Part shown: in pieces, positions 12,813 through 26,021 of the stretch | How the letters are laid out: the number at the start of each line of letters is the position of its first letter | Numbering within the stretch: position 1 is the first letter of the stretch | Assembly: GCF_001194135.2 (NCBI RefSeq) | Contig: NC_068991.1 | Location: forward strand, 26,074,615 to 26,138,614 | Direction: 5' to 3' | Length of the DNA: 64,000 nucleotides | Source of the DNA: Octopus bimaculoides | Taxonomy: Eukaryota | Position numbers and translations under genes: made by a program | Notes under the pieces: generated by a model | What the model was told of the DNA's origin: nothing | What the model saw: the letters and a program-made list of their open reading frames with translations, nothing else | Databases searched by the model: none

Positions 12813-13030
12813 TGTTCAGTCATAATACTTTGAATCACTTTTCACTTTCTTCATATGCGGTGGAGTTCTAGATAAATATTGTTCACTTGCAAATTTGACA
12901 GGGAGTTTTAGAGTGTCCTTTTCATCGTCTCATTAATAAAATCACTCTCTGATTATCTATTTTCAAAGACGGAGAACCCCCAGATTCGTTAGCACGCTGG
13001 ACAAAATATTTAACGGTTTTTCATGTCTTT

Positions 13031-14320
13031 CTAGGTTCTGAGTTCAGATTGCGCCGCGATCGACATTGGTTTTAACCTTTCGGGGTCAAAGTAATAAGTT
13101 AATTTGATTACATCAACTCCGGTAAAGCAGTAGGATTGATGTAAACGACTAGACCCCTCCCCACAAATGCCAGGCCCAATGTAGAAAGGATTCGTACGTA
13201 TTTTTATGAGTTTAACCTCAGCAATTTGCTCATTACTGCTGATGTTAATCGAATATTCATAGAGATTGTTTACGTTATCGTTAACATTAGAAGTTCTTAA
13301 TGGTTTTGCAAGTATGTGATCATGAAATCCAAAATTCTTATGTAACATCACATCCTCAACTGTTAAATTGTTCTCATCCATCAGATCGTTTCTAATGTTT
13401 CGTTTATTGTATTTTGTAAAACATGATGGAAAAAAAAATTCTTGATTCATGACTTTTACTTCGACACATGTGCTTCTTTGGATAATGTTAGCTGTCTAGC
13501 AAGTGTCACGTCTGAGTAAAAGCATTTTCCACATAGAATTTGACCAATCTATATAATCTGTTTCAGAAGCCAATCAATTATATGCAGTTCATTATTTCAT
13601 GCAAATGCGATTGCTCCAATGAGTGTAAGGGGCATCATAAATATGCTGCATTTCTTAAGGTGGTATTATATTTAATGAAATTGAATTTTCTAGTATTTAA
13701 ACGGGAATTTTAAAATCCCTCTCACCGCGTTGCTCATCCACTTTTAAGAAAGTCAGCATGCTTAAACTGTCAAACGACAGCACTCCTAGTTGTCGGAAGT
13801 AGCACTGTATTATCCCTTCTACATGGTATAAATGAGTGATAAATGTACGTGCTTCCAGAACAACTAGATTTACCTAAAAGGAAAACTCGTTGTTAGCGTT
13901 ATGAATTACTCTCTCAAAAATAGTTATCTGCCTTTGATTAGCACTATTTATTTTATCTTTAGCTTCTGTTTCTTCATACAACATATTTGTGTGATGATCA
14001 TGATATATTATAGAACCTGAATCATGTAGGCTTAACATTGTAGAATTATTTGTATCTCTGGGTTTTCTACTCAGTGATATGCAAACGGGCACTGCTCATA
14101 TAACTTTGGTGCTGTTTAGGCATATGCGGGTAGGTTTAACATTGCATTCTGAAACTATCAAATACTTGCCTAGTTGCATCAGTTATCTGTACAACCATGG
14201 GTGCAAAGAAAAGAGCTGACTTACACGGTATAATGATGTCTTTCAAGTTTTGATAATGTTTTCCATCTTCGATCCTCATTAACGCACTGAATATTCATAG
14301 AAATACTGCCGACAGCAGTC
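13031..14320 (-). mobile_element. Highly degenerate Helitron Rep-helicase (PIF1-like) remnant
   Basis: ANQRQITIFERVIHNANNE followed by a degenerate Walker A (LLGKSSCSGSTYIYHSF), then FKIPV*ILENS and KMLLLRRD (cf. GKxxLLGGDFRQ). Many stops and frameshifts. Confidence 0.5.
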
Positions 14321-15801
14321 ATTAAATTGCCTAGTAGTGAGGCCCACTGCTAAAACGTTTAATGAATCTAGAGAATGGGAAAATTATAAGTGAGATATTT
14401 GCAGCAAGAAGAACAAACGTTATCGAAAGTGGTAATCGAAGAAAAGATAAAGACAGGCAGGAGACAGAAGAGAGATAAACTGATCTTGTTAATTTAATGC
14501 ATTTACTATCAAATATGAAGACCCATATCTCTTGCATTGGCTATCATAAAATGAGTCCAATATTATCTTGCGGTGTGGACGACAACATCCAGCTCTACAT
14601 CATTTGAAATATAATATGAGCAACTTTAACTTAAAAGGGGAAAAATATTTTTGTATAAGTGTCTATATACAGGATAAAAAAAGAAAGTGGTTGAAAGACA
14701 AATAATTGCTGTCCTGTTTGTCTTCTTTTTCTCTTTTTTATAGTAGTCTTTGCTACTTTTCTTACTCAGTTGCTTCTATTTAGTTTTTTTTTATGGAACA
14801 ATTACTGGCGGAACTTTTGACATTTATTTGTTTCATTCAGTATTGCGTCCATGTCTTGTGAAGCGAATGTGCTTCCTTAATATATGTTATAGAAAGTCGT
14901 AAACAAAAAGATCTTCATTGCTAATGATACTTTAATACGTAGCAAGAGAAATAGAAAAACAAATTTCAAAAATAAATTAGCATAACATATTTACTTGTAC
15001 ACTCGTAATTTTCCTTGTCCAGGGTGGTTGATTCAGTCAACAATTATTGGAAACAAATATATAACCAATATGACAACAATATTTATGTTGTGTGCACTTT
15101 CTGTCACTCGATACTTAAAAATAATTTTCTCTCACACTGTCCCATCCTCACTCATTTCTTTTTTTTTTTAATCACTTACTACTTCTACTCTATTTCCAAA
15201 TGTCGTCTCTGAAAGAATTGTCGTTTGACAGTTTAAGCATTTAAAAATTTATATCTCTAACGATGAAGAAAATTGTTGATAGCCCTAATTTACTTTAGTT
15301 ATATATATATATATAACAAGCATTAATTTCAAGAACGCTGACTCTGTGCTTGTATTCAAAAGTTTCATAAAAATTGCTAATTTCAACTTGCTTCTTCCTT
15401 GAACCTATGTTTTAATTATTTCTTCCAAACTCTCTCTCTTTTCATTATTCTTCCACCGACAAATATTGACAATTATATAGTTAGATTATTATTTAGATCT
15501 GACGAGTTCAGACATGTTTTCACATCGAAGTGTGAGGGTGAATTTAAAGTACTTTAAACAGCATGAAGCTTTTAGAATTATCTTCATACAGGAAGTATAT
15601 AAACGTTGGAAACTTATCCTTAAATAATTCCGAAGAAACAAGATGTTGTTAAGCAAGTTTTAGTTTTCTTATCTTTTTAAATTAGAAAAAAATGTACGGT
15701 GGGTACGTAGTACCGCCTCTAAGAATCAGAGCGCTGTATATTTTTGTAGATTAAAAAGAAATTGTAGTGGGACCATTCAAGATTCAGTAACCATATTACT
15801 T

Positions 15802-15846
<45 letters not shown>

Positions 15847-17702
15847 CACACGCACGCATACACACACAAATATATATGCATATATAAACATACTCAGACA
15901 CACATATGTAGGTATTTGTGCTTGTAAGTATACATGTATATATGTATGTTAGTGTATATGTTTGCATTACTTATTTATAAATGTGCGGGAAAAAGTGCCT
16001 AAGTTAAAACAAGACACACATGAAAAGAACGAAATATGCGAGGACATAGAAAGAATTCATATTAACTTCTCTCTTGAAGTTGTAAATCAAAGTGGCGAAC
16101 GGTAATAATGACCAAGATTAATTGGATGCCATGTTACGACGAGACGCCTAAGAATTTCCATCTTCAACATGAACGTAAGTTTTATAACACGACACAGAAG
16201 TCATAGCTAAGACTGCAGTCTCACTATTCTTTTTCCATTTTTCTTAACAAACAAGGAATATGTCCTTCATATCTTTAAGGTACACAGTAGTAATCGGAAA
16301 TGAGTCCACTTACCAACTAGATGAAAGAGACATGTGTGTGACATATCTCGTTTTCTGGATTAAAGTCTAGAGTTAAATTTGAGTTTCAGAGAAGTTTCTC
16401 TAGTAATCATCACCAAAAGCTGATGACACTAACATATCAATAGACACTTACATATATAAACAGATTCAAATATAAAATCAAACCCTACTTTCATTGACTA
16501 CTTCTAGTAATGTTTCTACAAGTATTCTTGTCATCTTGGAAGAATTTAGTGCATTCAAACATCGTTTTTGCATTCGATTCAAAACATTTTCATAGAGAGA
16601 TAAATAATTATAGATATCTACGATCTACTTCACTTAGATAATGCATATTTTTAATTTTTTCAAATACAAAAGGCCTTTTTTTTCGTTACATTTTAGTTAT
16701 TTTACAATATGTTTAAGAATGAAATATGTATAACAAAGTCTGTTCAGTTAAGGGAATATGCGTTGTCATGCTGTTTCATACGAGAAAGCTAGGATGTAAC
16801 AGCATTTGAATTAGTCCCACATTCTTTAAAATAGACTGCGTGAAATAATACAATACGATCTATTATACATATTCGATATAGATATTAATAAATATTTAAA
16901 TGCTTTAGGTTAATTGTTAATAAAAGTATCACTTTTTGAATGATTAAATTCAGCTTGAGCGTTCAAACCGGGTTTTTCTTTTTAAAAATTTACATACAGT
17001 GAACCGGCCCAGTTAATTACAGAGAGCACCACCTATATATATATATATNNNNNNNNNNNNNNNNNNNNNNNNNNNNNNNNNNNNNNNNNNNNNNNNNNNN
17101 NNNNNNNNNNNNNNNNNNNNNNNNNNNNNNNNNNNNNNNNNNNNNNNNNNNNNNNNNNNNNNNNNNNNNNNNNNNNNNNNNNNNNNNNNNNNNNNNNNNN
17201 NNNNNNNNNNNNNNNNNNNNNNNNNNNNNNNNNNNNNNNNNNNNNNNNNNNNNNNNNNNNNNNNNNNNNNNNNNNNNNNNNNNNNNNNNNNNNNNNNNNN
17301 NNNNNNNNNNNNNNNNNNNNNNNNNNNNNNNNNNNNNNNNNNNNNNNNNNNNNNNNNNNNNNNNNNNNNNNNNNNNNNNNNNNNNNNNNNNNNNNNNNNN
17401 NNNNNNNNNNNNNNNNNNNNNNNNNNNNNNNNNNNNNNNNNNNNNNNNNNNNNNNNNNNNNNNNNNNNNNNNNNNNNNNNNNNNNNNNNNNNNNNNNNNN
17501 NNNNNNNNNNNNNNNNNNNNNNNNNNNNNNNNNNNNNNNNNNNNNNNNNNNNNNNNNNNNNNNNNNNNNNNNNNNNNNNNNNNNNNNNNNNNNNNNNNNN
17601 NNNNNNNNNNNNNNNNNNNNNNNNNNNNNNNNNNNNNNNNNNNNNNNNNNNNNNNNNNNNNNNNNNNNNNNTATATATATGAAACTGATAATAATGATGA
17701 TG

Positions 17703-17739
<37 letters not shown>

Positions 17740-18493
17740 CCCACAGAACTTCTGAAGTACTCTAATTTTCTCCAAACTAGGAACATATATTGCTTACGTT
17801 CCATATTACTTACGTTAGACTCTTAAAACGTTTCACATAATGGGTAATGTGGCCCCTGAGTAGCAGAAACCCCCTTTCTGGGGCACGTACGACTGTCGCA
17901 TTGGCCAACGCATTGCTTCCTTTCAAACTGGAAAAATCAGCTACTGAAATGATATAAATAAGTTCTATTAAATGCATGAACCGATGTACACTTCAGACTG
18001 CGTTGTCTATATGGTAGCAATAATAGCCTGTTTCCGTTGTACCATAGGCAGCAATATGTTTATTATGAAATATAGTTTAGAATATGTTTAATCCTGAGCA
18101 ACTATTCAACTATTTTCTTTTAGCTTCAGTATCAAATTCTTCCTTCTAAGCATAGACGAAACCCATACAAATACTCTTCAGCTATTGATTACAAATCGAA
18201 ATATCGCATGTACATCAACCTTCTAATTTATGGTGTCAAATACCCAAATACATTAGTTAAAGACTGTGACCTTAATGTGACCATGCGCGCACTGGCGCTG
18301 CATGCAGAATTACTTTCATTTGGGAGCTGAGTTATCCTTACGATGGTCACACGCAGTTTATGTGAAGGAGAGCATGGTTGAGCCACGACTACTGATTCCC
18401 AAAGTCACGCAACCCAACCACATTTGTTAGTGACAGTGTACTTAATGTGACCTTGCGTGACCCCGACGCTGCATGCAGAATTGTTCTCGTTTG

Positions 18494-18797
18494 TGTTGTA
18501 ACGTAGTTTCTTCTCGCCGATTATTGTAGTATCGTTACTATTTATGACGCTATTTTTAACACTATAATCGTGTAGTAACAAAATATATATAACGAAGCAA
18601 GGTAACAACAACGTAACGATCTAACAAACACTCCACCAACAATACATGAACCAACAAACGATTTTCCCACAAACTACCAAACGTCATCTTACGACTTCCT
18701 GCGATTAATGTCTACTTTCTCTCACTCAGACCGCGCTATTTCTAGTCATTCGGTCAAGTCTATTCTCGCAGGGTGTGTCGTAACTCTCGCCCCAATA
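18494..18797 (-). mobile_element. Putative 3' LTR of Gypsy remnant 2
   Basis: It follows a polypurine tract on the minus strand (AAAAAGGGAGA, 18798-18808), starts T(A/G)TTG and may end ACAACA. The far boundary is uncertain. Confidence 0.35.
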
Positions 18798-20915
18798 TCT
18801 CCCTTTTTAAGATTTCGACTTCCGTAGGAAACGAAATTTATTTTATAATTATTTTTTTCTTTCCTTCCGCACCTCGCCCTTTTTTGAAATTTTGCTTCCA
18901 TATGGAGTTCAATATCTTTTCCGCTTAGGAATTATTTCTAAATGTTAAGATTGTTTCTGTTACTGCTCCTTCTACGCTCAATCTCTTTCGGTGCTGGAAC
19001 ATCGAACATGTAGAACACTTTCATTGCAATTTCCTTCCTTTCTTCTGTATATCATATTTAATTGATTTAGATGTCGTCTATATTCCCATCTTTGGCTTTT
19101 TTATGAAATGCATCATTTTCCAATTCTTTTAGTCACTAAAACATCCTGCCAAATCTATTTACCGTTCTTGTATACTTTGAAATGGGATTTGTCTCAGACA
19201 TCAAAATATTTAGTTGAATTTTTGTATTTTCTGTATACGGTTTTTCCTTTGGTAACAAATTGCCGAAGATCGATTTAATCTTTCGAGCGAACATTAGCTC
19301 TGCAGGCGACTTGCCAGAGCTGGCATTAGGATTGGGTGTTATTCCGTACACCCTTCAGAATTTAGTTAGTGCTTTGTCATTTCCTAACTCATTACTTGTT
19401 TTTATTTAACGCTCCCTTGAACGTATCTACGAATCGTTCTGCTTGTCCATTTGACCTCGGGTAGTAGGGCGGCGTAAATATGTGCTTGATTGCATGCATT
19501 TTGCAGAATTTCTTGAAATTGCATCCTGTAAATTGTGTTCCTTTGTCTGACACTATGGTGTCCAGAACAAGGTATCGAGCAAAAAGTTCGTGCAGGATCT
19601 TTATTATTGCCTTCGAGATAGGTTGACTGCAGCTACATACTTCTGGCCACTTGGTAAAGCTATCAACAATGATCAAGTAGTACACGCTATTCATTGGTCC
19701 AGCGTAGTGTATGTGTTCCCTGGACCACGGACTATCCATCACAGGCCACGATTGGTATTTCACCGGTGTTGCCAGGCTACTAGCGCTCAATCTCTACATG
19801 ATATTACCAAATTTTTCATGTCCCGGTCTATTATTGGCCAATACGAGTAACTCCTCATCAAAGCTTTCATTTTTGACATCCCCGAATGTCCACTATGTAG
19901 TGCAGTTGGTACTACCACTTTTTGTGTGTAGATTAATACAACGTCGCACTTCTCTTTTGTTTATTTTCAATGTTTCCTTCATTTTTATGATATATTTGTC
20001 AGCTGCGGATGTTTAATATATTGTACAATCACTGGCAACACCCCAATGACATTACACATAACGTTTTTGATCTCATTTCCTGATAGTAATGCAGCTATCA
20101 CCGTATCTTCCAGCGCTCTCTCATTCTTCGGAATTAGCCTAGATGAACAATCCGCATGGCTAATGATCTTCAAAGGAATGTACTCCATCTTAATGACGTA
20201 ATTGTACCTCAGCATTGTAATTTGTCATCTGTATGGATAGGAATTCTTTCCTTCGATCCAAGAATTGATAGTAACGCTCGGTGGTAGGCTGAAATCGAAA
20301 ACGTCTACCGTGGAGAAATCTGTGAAATTTCTTGTGCAATTTTTGATGGTTTTCTTAGCGTAGGTTTCCGAATTCTTATCTACGTGTCAGTATTAATAAC
20401 TGAGATGTCGCTACCGGTATCTAATAGTAATTTAATATTCACTTCGTTTACTTTTACATGTACACATTTCTTCACTATGGTGTCGATTCTACTTTCCAAT
20501 ACACATTTAACAGACCTCTAAGTTCGATATATAGTCTTGACCATGGACTTTTTTTTATTTCTGATAAAACTTCTCATTTTCGAGTAGGCAATTTCGCTGC
20601 CAGAGCACATCGTCTGCAGCCTTTTACTATGTATTCAACTTCCTTGTACATCTTCGCCCAATAAACATAACCGCGCATAAGCGCTTTCATCCTTACGATC
20701 CCCGGAACTCCAATATAGAATTCTTTCAACATATTCTCTTTTGGAACGATTAAGGTATCACTATTCCTTGGATATACATCAGTACATCATCGCATGTTGA
20801 ATATATGTTTGCTCTTTTTCTTACAGAACCTATTGGCGTTTACTTCAGCTGACCACAGAGATTTTTACTTCATTAATAACCTTATCTTTAGACGCGTGTC
20901 GCTTCATCTCCTCCA
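18798..20915 (-). mobile_element. Ty3/Gypsy pol remnant, rearranged (integrase Zn finger, protease, RNase H, integrase)
   Basis: rve core IVDSFTKWPEV...IVSDKGTQFT...PRSNGQAERFVDTFK; TPNPNASSGKSPAELMF; RNase H HKKFHRFLHGR...HADCSSRL; protease LLDTGSDISVIN; two HxG..MKALMR.Y.YW Zn-finger segments. Confidence 0.9.
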
Positions 20916-22739
20916 GATATATAGGTATGTATGTATGTATGTATGTATGTATGTATGTATGTATGTATGTATAAAATTAATGATAATATACATATGTATA
21001 TAATAATAATTAAAGGAGCAAGGGCGAAGTGCCGAGACCATCAAAAATCTACCAAAAGCTCAGCATTCTGACTACTTGATAATAATCATTAAAGTGATTT
21101 TTATTCTTATATTCTATTATGAATTAATAAATAAATTTTAAAAAATCATTTAATTATTTTTACTCCTGACCGGAATAGCATTTACCACTCGGCTATTCTT
21201 ATAATATACACGTTGTTGTGAGTGGATTTAAAATTGACTTATCTGGGATGTATACGTGCAAATATTTATATGTAGACGTGTGAACATGCTTTGAAAGGTA
21301 AGTACAAGTATTTTTATTTATATTTTCTGTGTATTGTGTTGACTAAGGAAAAAAGTTTGTTTATGGTTTAAACCAGACAATAGAACAAATTCACAATTAA
21401 CATGAGGTCTTTTTAGTAGTTTTTCACTAGCCCGTTTCCAGTCAGGTGTATATTTATCTGAAGATTTTGGTAGTTTTTTTAAGGTCTCGGCACTTCAAGC
21501 ATGCTGGAGATAGGTCGTTTTCGTCCATGGTCACTTAATATAATGTATAAATTGCCTATCAATTTTTATAGTATGCTGACTACCTGATAAAAATCATTAA
21601 CGTGATTTTTATCCTTATATTCTATTATGAATTAATAAATAATATATATATATATATATATATANNNNNNNNNNNNNNNNNNNNNNNNNNNNNNNNNNNN
21701 NNNNNNNNNNNNNNNNNNNNNNNNNNNNNNNNNNNNNNNNNNNNNNNNNNNNNNNNNNNNNNNNNNNNNNNNNNNNNNNNNNNNNNNNNNNNNNNNNNNN
21801 NNNNNNNNNNNNNNNNNNNNNNNNNNNNNNNNNNNNNNNNNNNNNNNNNNNNNNNNNNNNNNNNNNNNNNNNNNNNNNNNNNNNNNNNNNNNNNNNNNNN
21901 NNNNNNNNNNNNNNNNNNNNNNNNNNNNNNNNNNNNNNNNNNNNNNNNNNNNNNNNNNNNNNNNNNNNNNNNNNNNNNNNNNNNNNNNNNNNNNNNNNNN
22001 NNNNNNNNNNNNNNNNNNNNNNNNNNNNNNNNNNNNNNNNNNNNNNNNNNNNNNNNNNNNNNNNNNNNNNNNATGTAATAGACTAATTTTCTAATTTCAT
22101 GTAGAGTAGTATGAGTTTTAAAAAAAATATAAATCAAGTGTAAAAAAGCGATTCTTATCGTCGCTATATATCGTACAATAAGCATTCTTCTGAAGGGATG
22201 TTTAGTATACATTTGCAGCAAACATTTCGATAAATGTAATATAAAGAGATTCAAAGAGATCTCAATGTTAGACGTTATAACGAAATACACACCCGATTCC
22301 CTAACTAATATAATTAACAGAATGATGTTGAGCTAATGAACCTTGCACCAATTAAGTTCCTTGAAGCGTGCATGAACAGTTCGAAAGGCAACACAAATAT
22401 AAATTATAGAACACATATAGTACAGGTATAATTAGTTAGAATTTAAGCGTGAAGAACTACAACCGATTTCAAATAAACCTCAAACATTGATAATGAAACG
22501 GTTGAAAGAAGCAAAAATGATAAGTAAATCTAGCGAAATAATTAATAATGGATTTAGAGCTGTATTTATTGAATATAGTTCAGTTTTTGTTTACCAAAAG
22601 ATTGGAATAATTATCTAAGTAAATTGAAGTTCTTGTCTTTCGATTCATTAATATAATTCATAATTACTTTAAAATTTTATTTATAGTTTAGTTAATGCGA
22701 ATGTTGAACTCTGTTCTCCTCTATCACATAAAAATCTGA

Positions 22740-23040
22740 GGAGATTAACGCACTTTATTCTCACTTTCTATATATGAAGACTTACGGCTGGCCGCAGAAA
22801 ATACTATAGCAGACAAATGGTTCCAGATTGTTGATGTTTCGTGCAGGAATAATTGTGTGAAGTAGTTCGTGAGGGGCTTGGGCATTGAGATACGGAACAG
22901 ATAACGTCAATAATAAAATATTGCCTGTTTCAGAGCGGGAAAAGAGATGGAATGAAGTTAGTTGAATGGGGCAGAAGCGATTCAAGTTATAAAAACACTT
23001 AGAGAGAATAGCCAAGAAAGCCGGAGGCTGAATTTGTAAT
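22740..23040 (-). mobile_element. CR1/L2-group LINE 3' fragment
   Basis: AILSKCFYNLNRFCPIQL and PKPLTNYFTQLFLHETSTIWNHLSAIVF resemble the LSLFYRY...C..EL and RT...SF.PRT...WN.LP C-terminus of this group. Confidence 0.5.
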
Positions 23041-23308
23041 ATGCTTTTATATAGAATATTAAAAAAATGTTAATGGAATTTTCAAGCTGATGTTTCAGAT
23101 ACATCTGTAATAATTAATAATCTTGAGAGCAAACCAGTAAGAAAAATATATATGCTGAATGTAGCAGCTAACTCACAATCTACAAAATGTGGTCAATGTG
23201 ATTAAAGCTGGCTCTCTGAATATCCTTGTCTAATATAAATCCAAACCAAAAATGTTGGACTACTGATACCTGCATACCCACTCGGTTTCATAGTCTATCT
23301 CCTTACCA

Positions 23309-23341
<33 letters not shown>

Positions 23342-23769
23342 TGTATGTATGTATGTATATATGTATATATATATATATANNNNNNNNNNNNNNNNNNNNN
23401 NNNNNNNNNNNNNNNNNNNNNNNNNNNNNNNNNNNNNNNNNNNNNNNNNNNNNNNNNNNNNNNNNNNNNNNNNNNNNNNNNNNNNNNNNNNNNNNNNNNN
23501 NNNNNNNNNNNNNNNNNNNNNNNNNNNNNNNNNNNNNNNNNNNNNNNNNNNNNNNNNNNNNNNNNNNNNNNNNNNNNNNNNNNNNNNNNNNNNNNNNNNN
23601 NNNNNNNNNNNNNNNNATATATATATATATATATATAACAACACATGTTTTCAAATAAAGAAAAAATATGTTAGAATCTTTAAAAGATTCTTCACAAAAT
23701 ACGAACTAAATACAAGTGATTTCAGTCCAAAACAAAAGCAAACTTGCAATAATTCGAGAGGAATTACCT

Positions 23770-24515
23770 CTCTGGCGCCTTACTGACATCGCGCTCGCCG
23801 ATGACATCGCGTTCCCCGGAGCGACGAAGTATGTCTTTCGCACAATAACAGAGATTGGAACGGACTCTGCGGAAGTGCAAACAAGACGAAGATCATGAGT
23901 ATTGGATATATCGATGGGAAAACAATGGCGTCCCTTGATTATTGGGCAACACCAAATCGAGGAAGTTGATGAGTTTGGGAAGGCCTCGGCTGTCTTTCAA
24001 AGACTCAAAACCATCTGGCCAGGCAGAGCGATCTCCACCAAGAACACAGTGCACCTCTTCAACAGCATCGCCATACCATCGGCAATATACGCGGCGGAAA
24101 CGTGGAAGACATCGGCAAAGATTGCGCGAATGCTCAATGTATTTCAGCTACGATACCTTCGGCGAATACTGCGACTATCATACCAGGACCACATAACCAA
24201 CGATGAGATACACCATCGAACTGATACCCGTCCACTGAGTTGTCACTGAGTTGTCACTGAGTGCTCCTTGCGATTCGCAGGCCATATTCTCCGATTACCA
24301 TCGGCGCGGCATGCGAAACTGCCATTCTGTGGAAGCCACCGCATGGTAAGAGAAAACAAGGGCGACCAAATCGACTTGGCGCCGCACCTTTGTCGATAAA
24401 TCCAAAGCCATTTACATTTCATGGGATGAAGTTGAAATCGCTGCAGCCGACCGACCACGTTGGAGAAACCTTGCCGCCCAATGCACCACACCAATGAGGA
24501 GGACCTAAGACTAAA
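23770..24515 (+). mobile_element. RTE-clade LINE 3' fragment
   Basis: LADDIAF; GKASAVFQRLKTIW; IYAAETWK...NVFQLRYLRRILRLSYQDHITNDEI; GKRKQGRP; RTE-type end GAGGACCTAAGACTAA. Confidence 0.85.
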
Positions 24516-25198
24516 ACTGTGTCCACAAAAGAAGCAGAGAAACTTAATTAATTAATATATCGCAATTTACAAATCACCTTAAATACGTCAATAATAAATG
24601 TACTGATACTTACCTACAAACTGTCATTAATATCAATTCCTCAAATTATAAGAGATTTCAGTAATATGAAACTACTTTTAATTAAGACGATTTGAATTTT
24701 GGTTTTGTAACTGGAACCAAAGTGTATTCTTCGGACTACTCTTCGAATTTTTCATTATAAGATTGTCCTAATTTTTCTTTTCTTTCGTGAATAAACCTGT
24801 GCGCTTGTTTGAAAAAGTGTTTCATTGCAGTTGACTTCAGTAATGGCTTCGAATTTAATAAAAGGAAAAAAAAAAAAGATTCCCCATGTTTCAAAGTAAT
24901 TACTATCCTCAGAAGTCAATCATCCGAAAAGAGAGGTTGGAAAAAAGCAATAACGTTATAGATGCTGGAAGTTGACTTGAATGGAAAATAAAGTAGCCAA
25001 AAAGACAGAAATGTACACAACTAGCTACGCACACACGCGCACGCGTGAGCAGAAAACGAGGCCGAGAGAGAAAGAGTGATTGGCTGTGTGTGTTTGTGCC
25101 AGTGAGACAGCAAGAGCGAGAAAGAGAGTAAGGGAAAGAGAGGGAGAGAGAGGCAGAGACAGACAGAGAGAATCAAACTGATATTGCGAGAGAGGAAT

Positions 25199-25304
<106 letters not shown>

Positions 25305-25602
25305 TGACATAGAAGTTTCAAAGTAATTCATATGAAAGACTACATCGAAAAACCAAACACAGAAGACCAAACAATAAAGGTGAAATGTTTTGTTTAACAT
25401 CACAAGAGTTCATCAATGAAAACAAAAAACAAAAACACAGAAGGCAAATCCAAAAGACAGAAAAATATCCGAAGCAAGTAAGAGAAAAATAAAGTGAAAA
25501 CAACGGAAAATAAGTGGTTCTCTACAGGAAAAAATATCGGAGAAGCAGCAGTAGTGACAGTAGTCGGTCGACAGTAATATAATCAGCACCAGCAGCACCA
25601 CC

Positions 25603-25689
<87 letters not shown>

Positions 25690-25820
25690 TGTTATTTTAG
25701 CGTTAGAGATTTGGGCAAACTACTTCGTATTTCTTCCGGTTCTTTTGGATTTGGGTTCTATTTCAACAGAGACCGATTTAGACATTCATCCCTTCGAGTG
25801 ACGATAGGTTATAACTATCA

Positions 25821-25968
25821 AAGCGTGGCTGAGTGATAAGAAGCTTGTTTCCAGAATCACCTGGTTACAGGTTCAGTCACACTGCGTGGCACCTTGGGGA
25901 AGGACCTCGAGCCGACCAAAAGACTTGTGAGTGGATATGGTAAGCTGAAACTGAAAGAAACCTGTCGT
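25821..25968 (+). mobile_element. tRNA-derived SINE, family B
   Basis: A-box/B-box-like head GCGTGGCTGAGTGATAAG...GGTTCAGTCACACTGCGTGGCACCTTGGG, body GTGAGTGGATATGGTA...GAAACTGAAAGAAAC and a (TG)n tail. An inverted copy lies at 58.8 kb. Confidence 0.8.
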
Positions 25969-25987
25969 GTATATGTGTGTGTGTGTA

Positions 25988-26021
<34 letters not shown>

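Noticed and set aside
16314-16600. Two minus-strand GTAAGT donors and the peptide NVLNRMQKRCLNALNSSKMTRILVETLLEVVNE
   Set aside because: No convincing acceptor, no consistent frame and no recognisable homology.
22782-23015. 77-aa ORF with a GTAAGT donor as a host exon
   Set aside because: Better explained as a CR1/L2 LINE C-terminus.
24235-24262. CTGAGTTGTCA tandem repeat in the RTE fragment
   Set aside because: A trivial local slippage at a deletion junction.
25821-25880. tRNA gene
   Set aside because: The A/B-box-like head continues into SINE body sequence and gives no complete cloverleaf. The same applies to the 58.9 and 61.7 kb heads.
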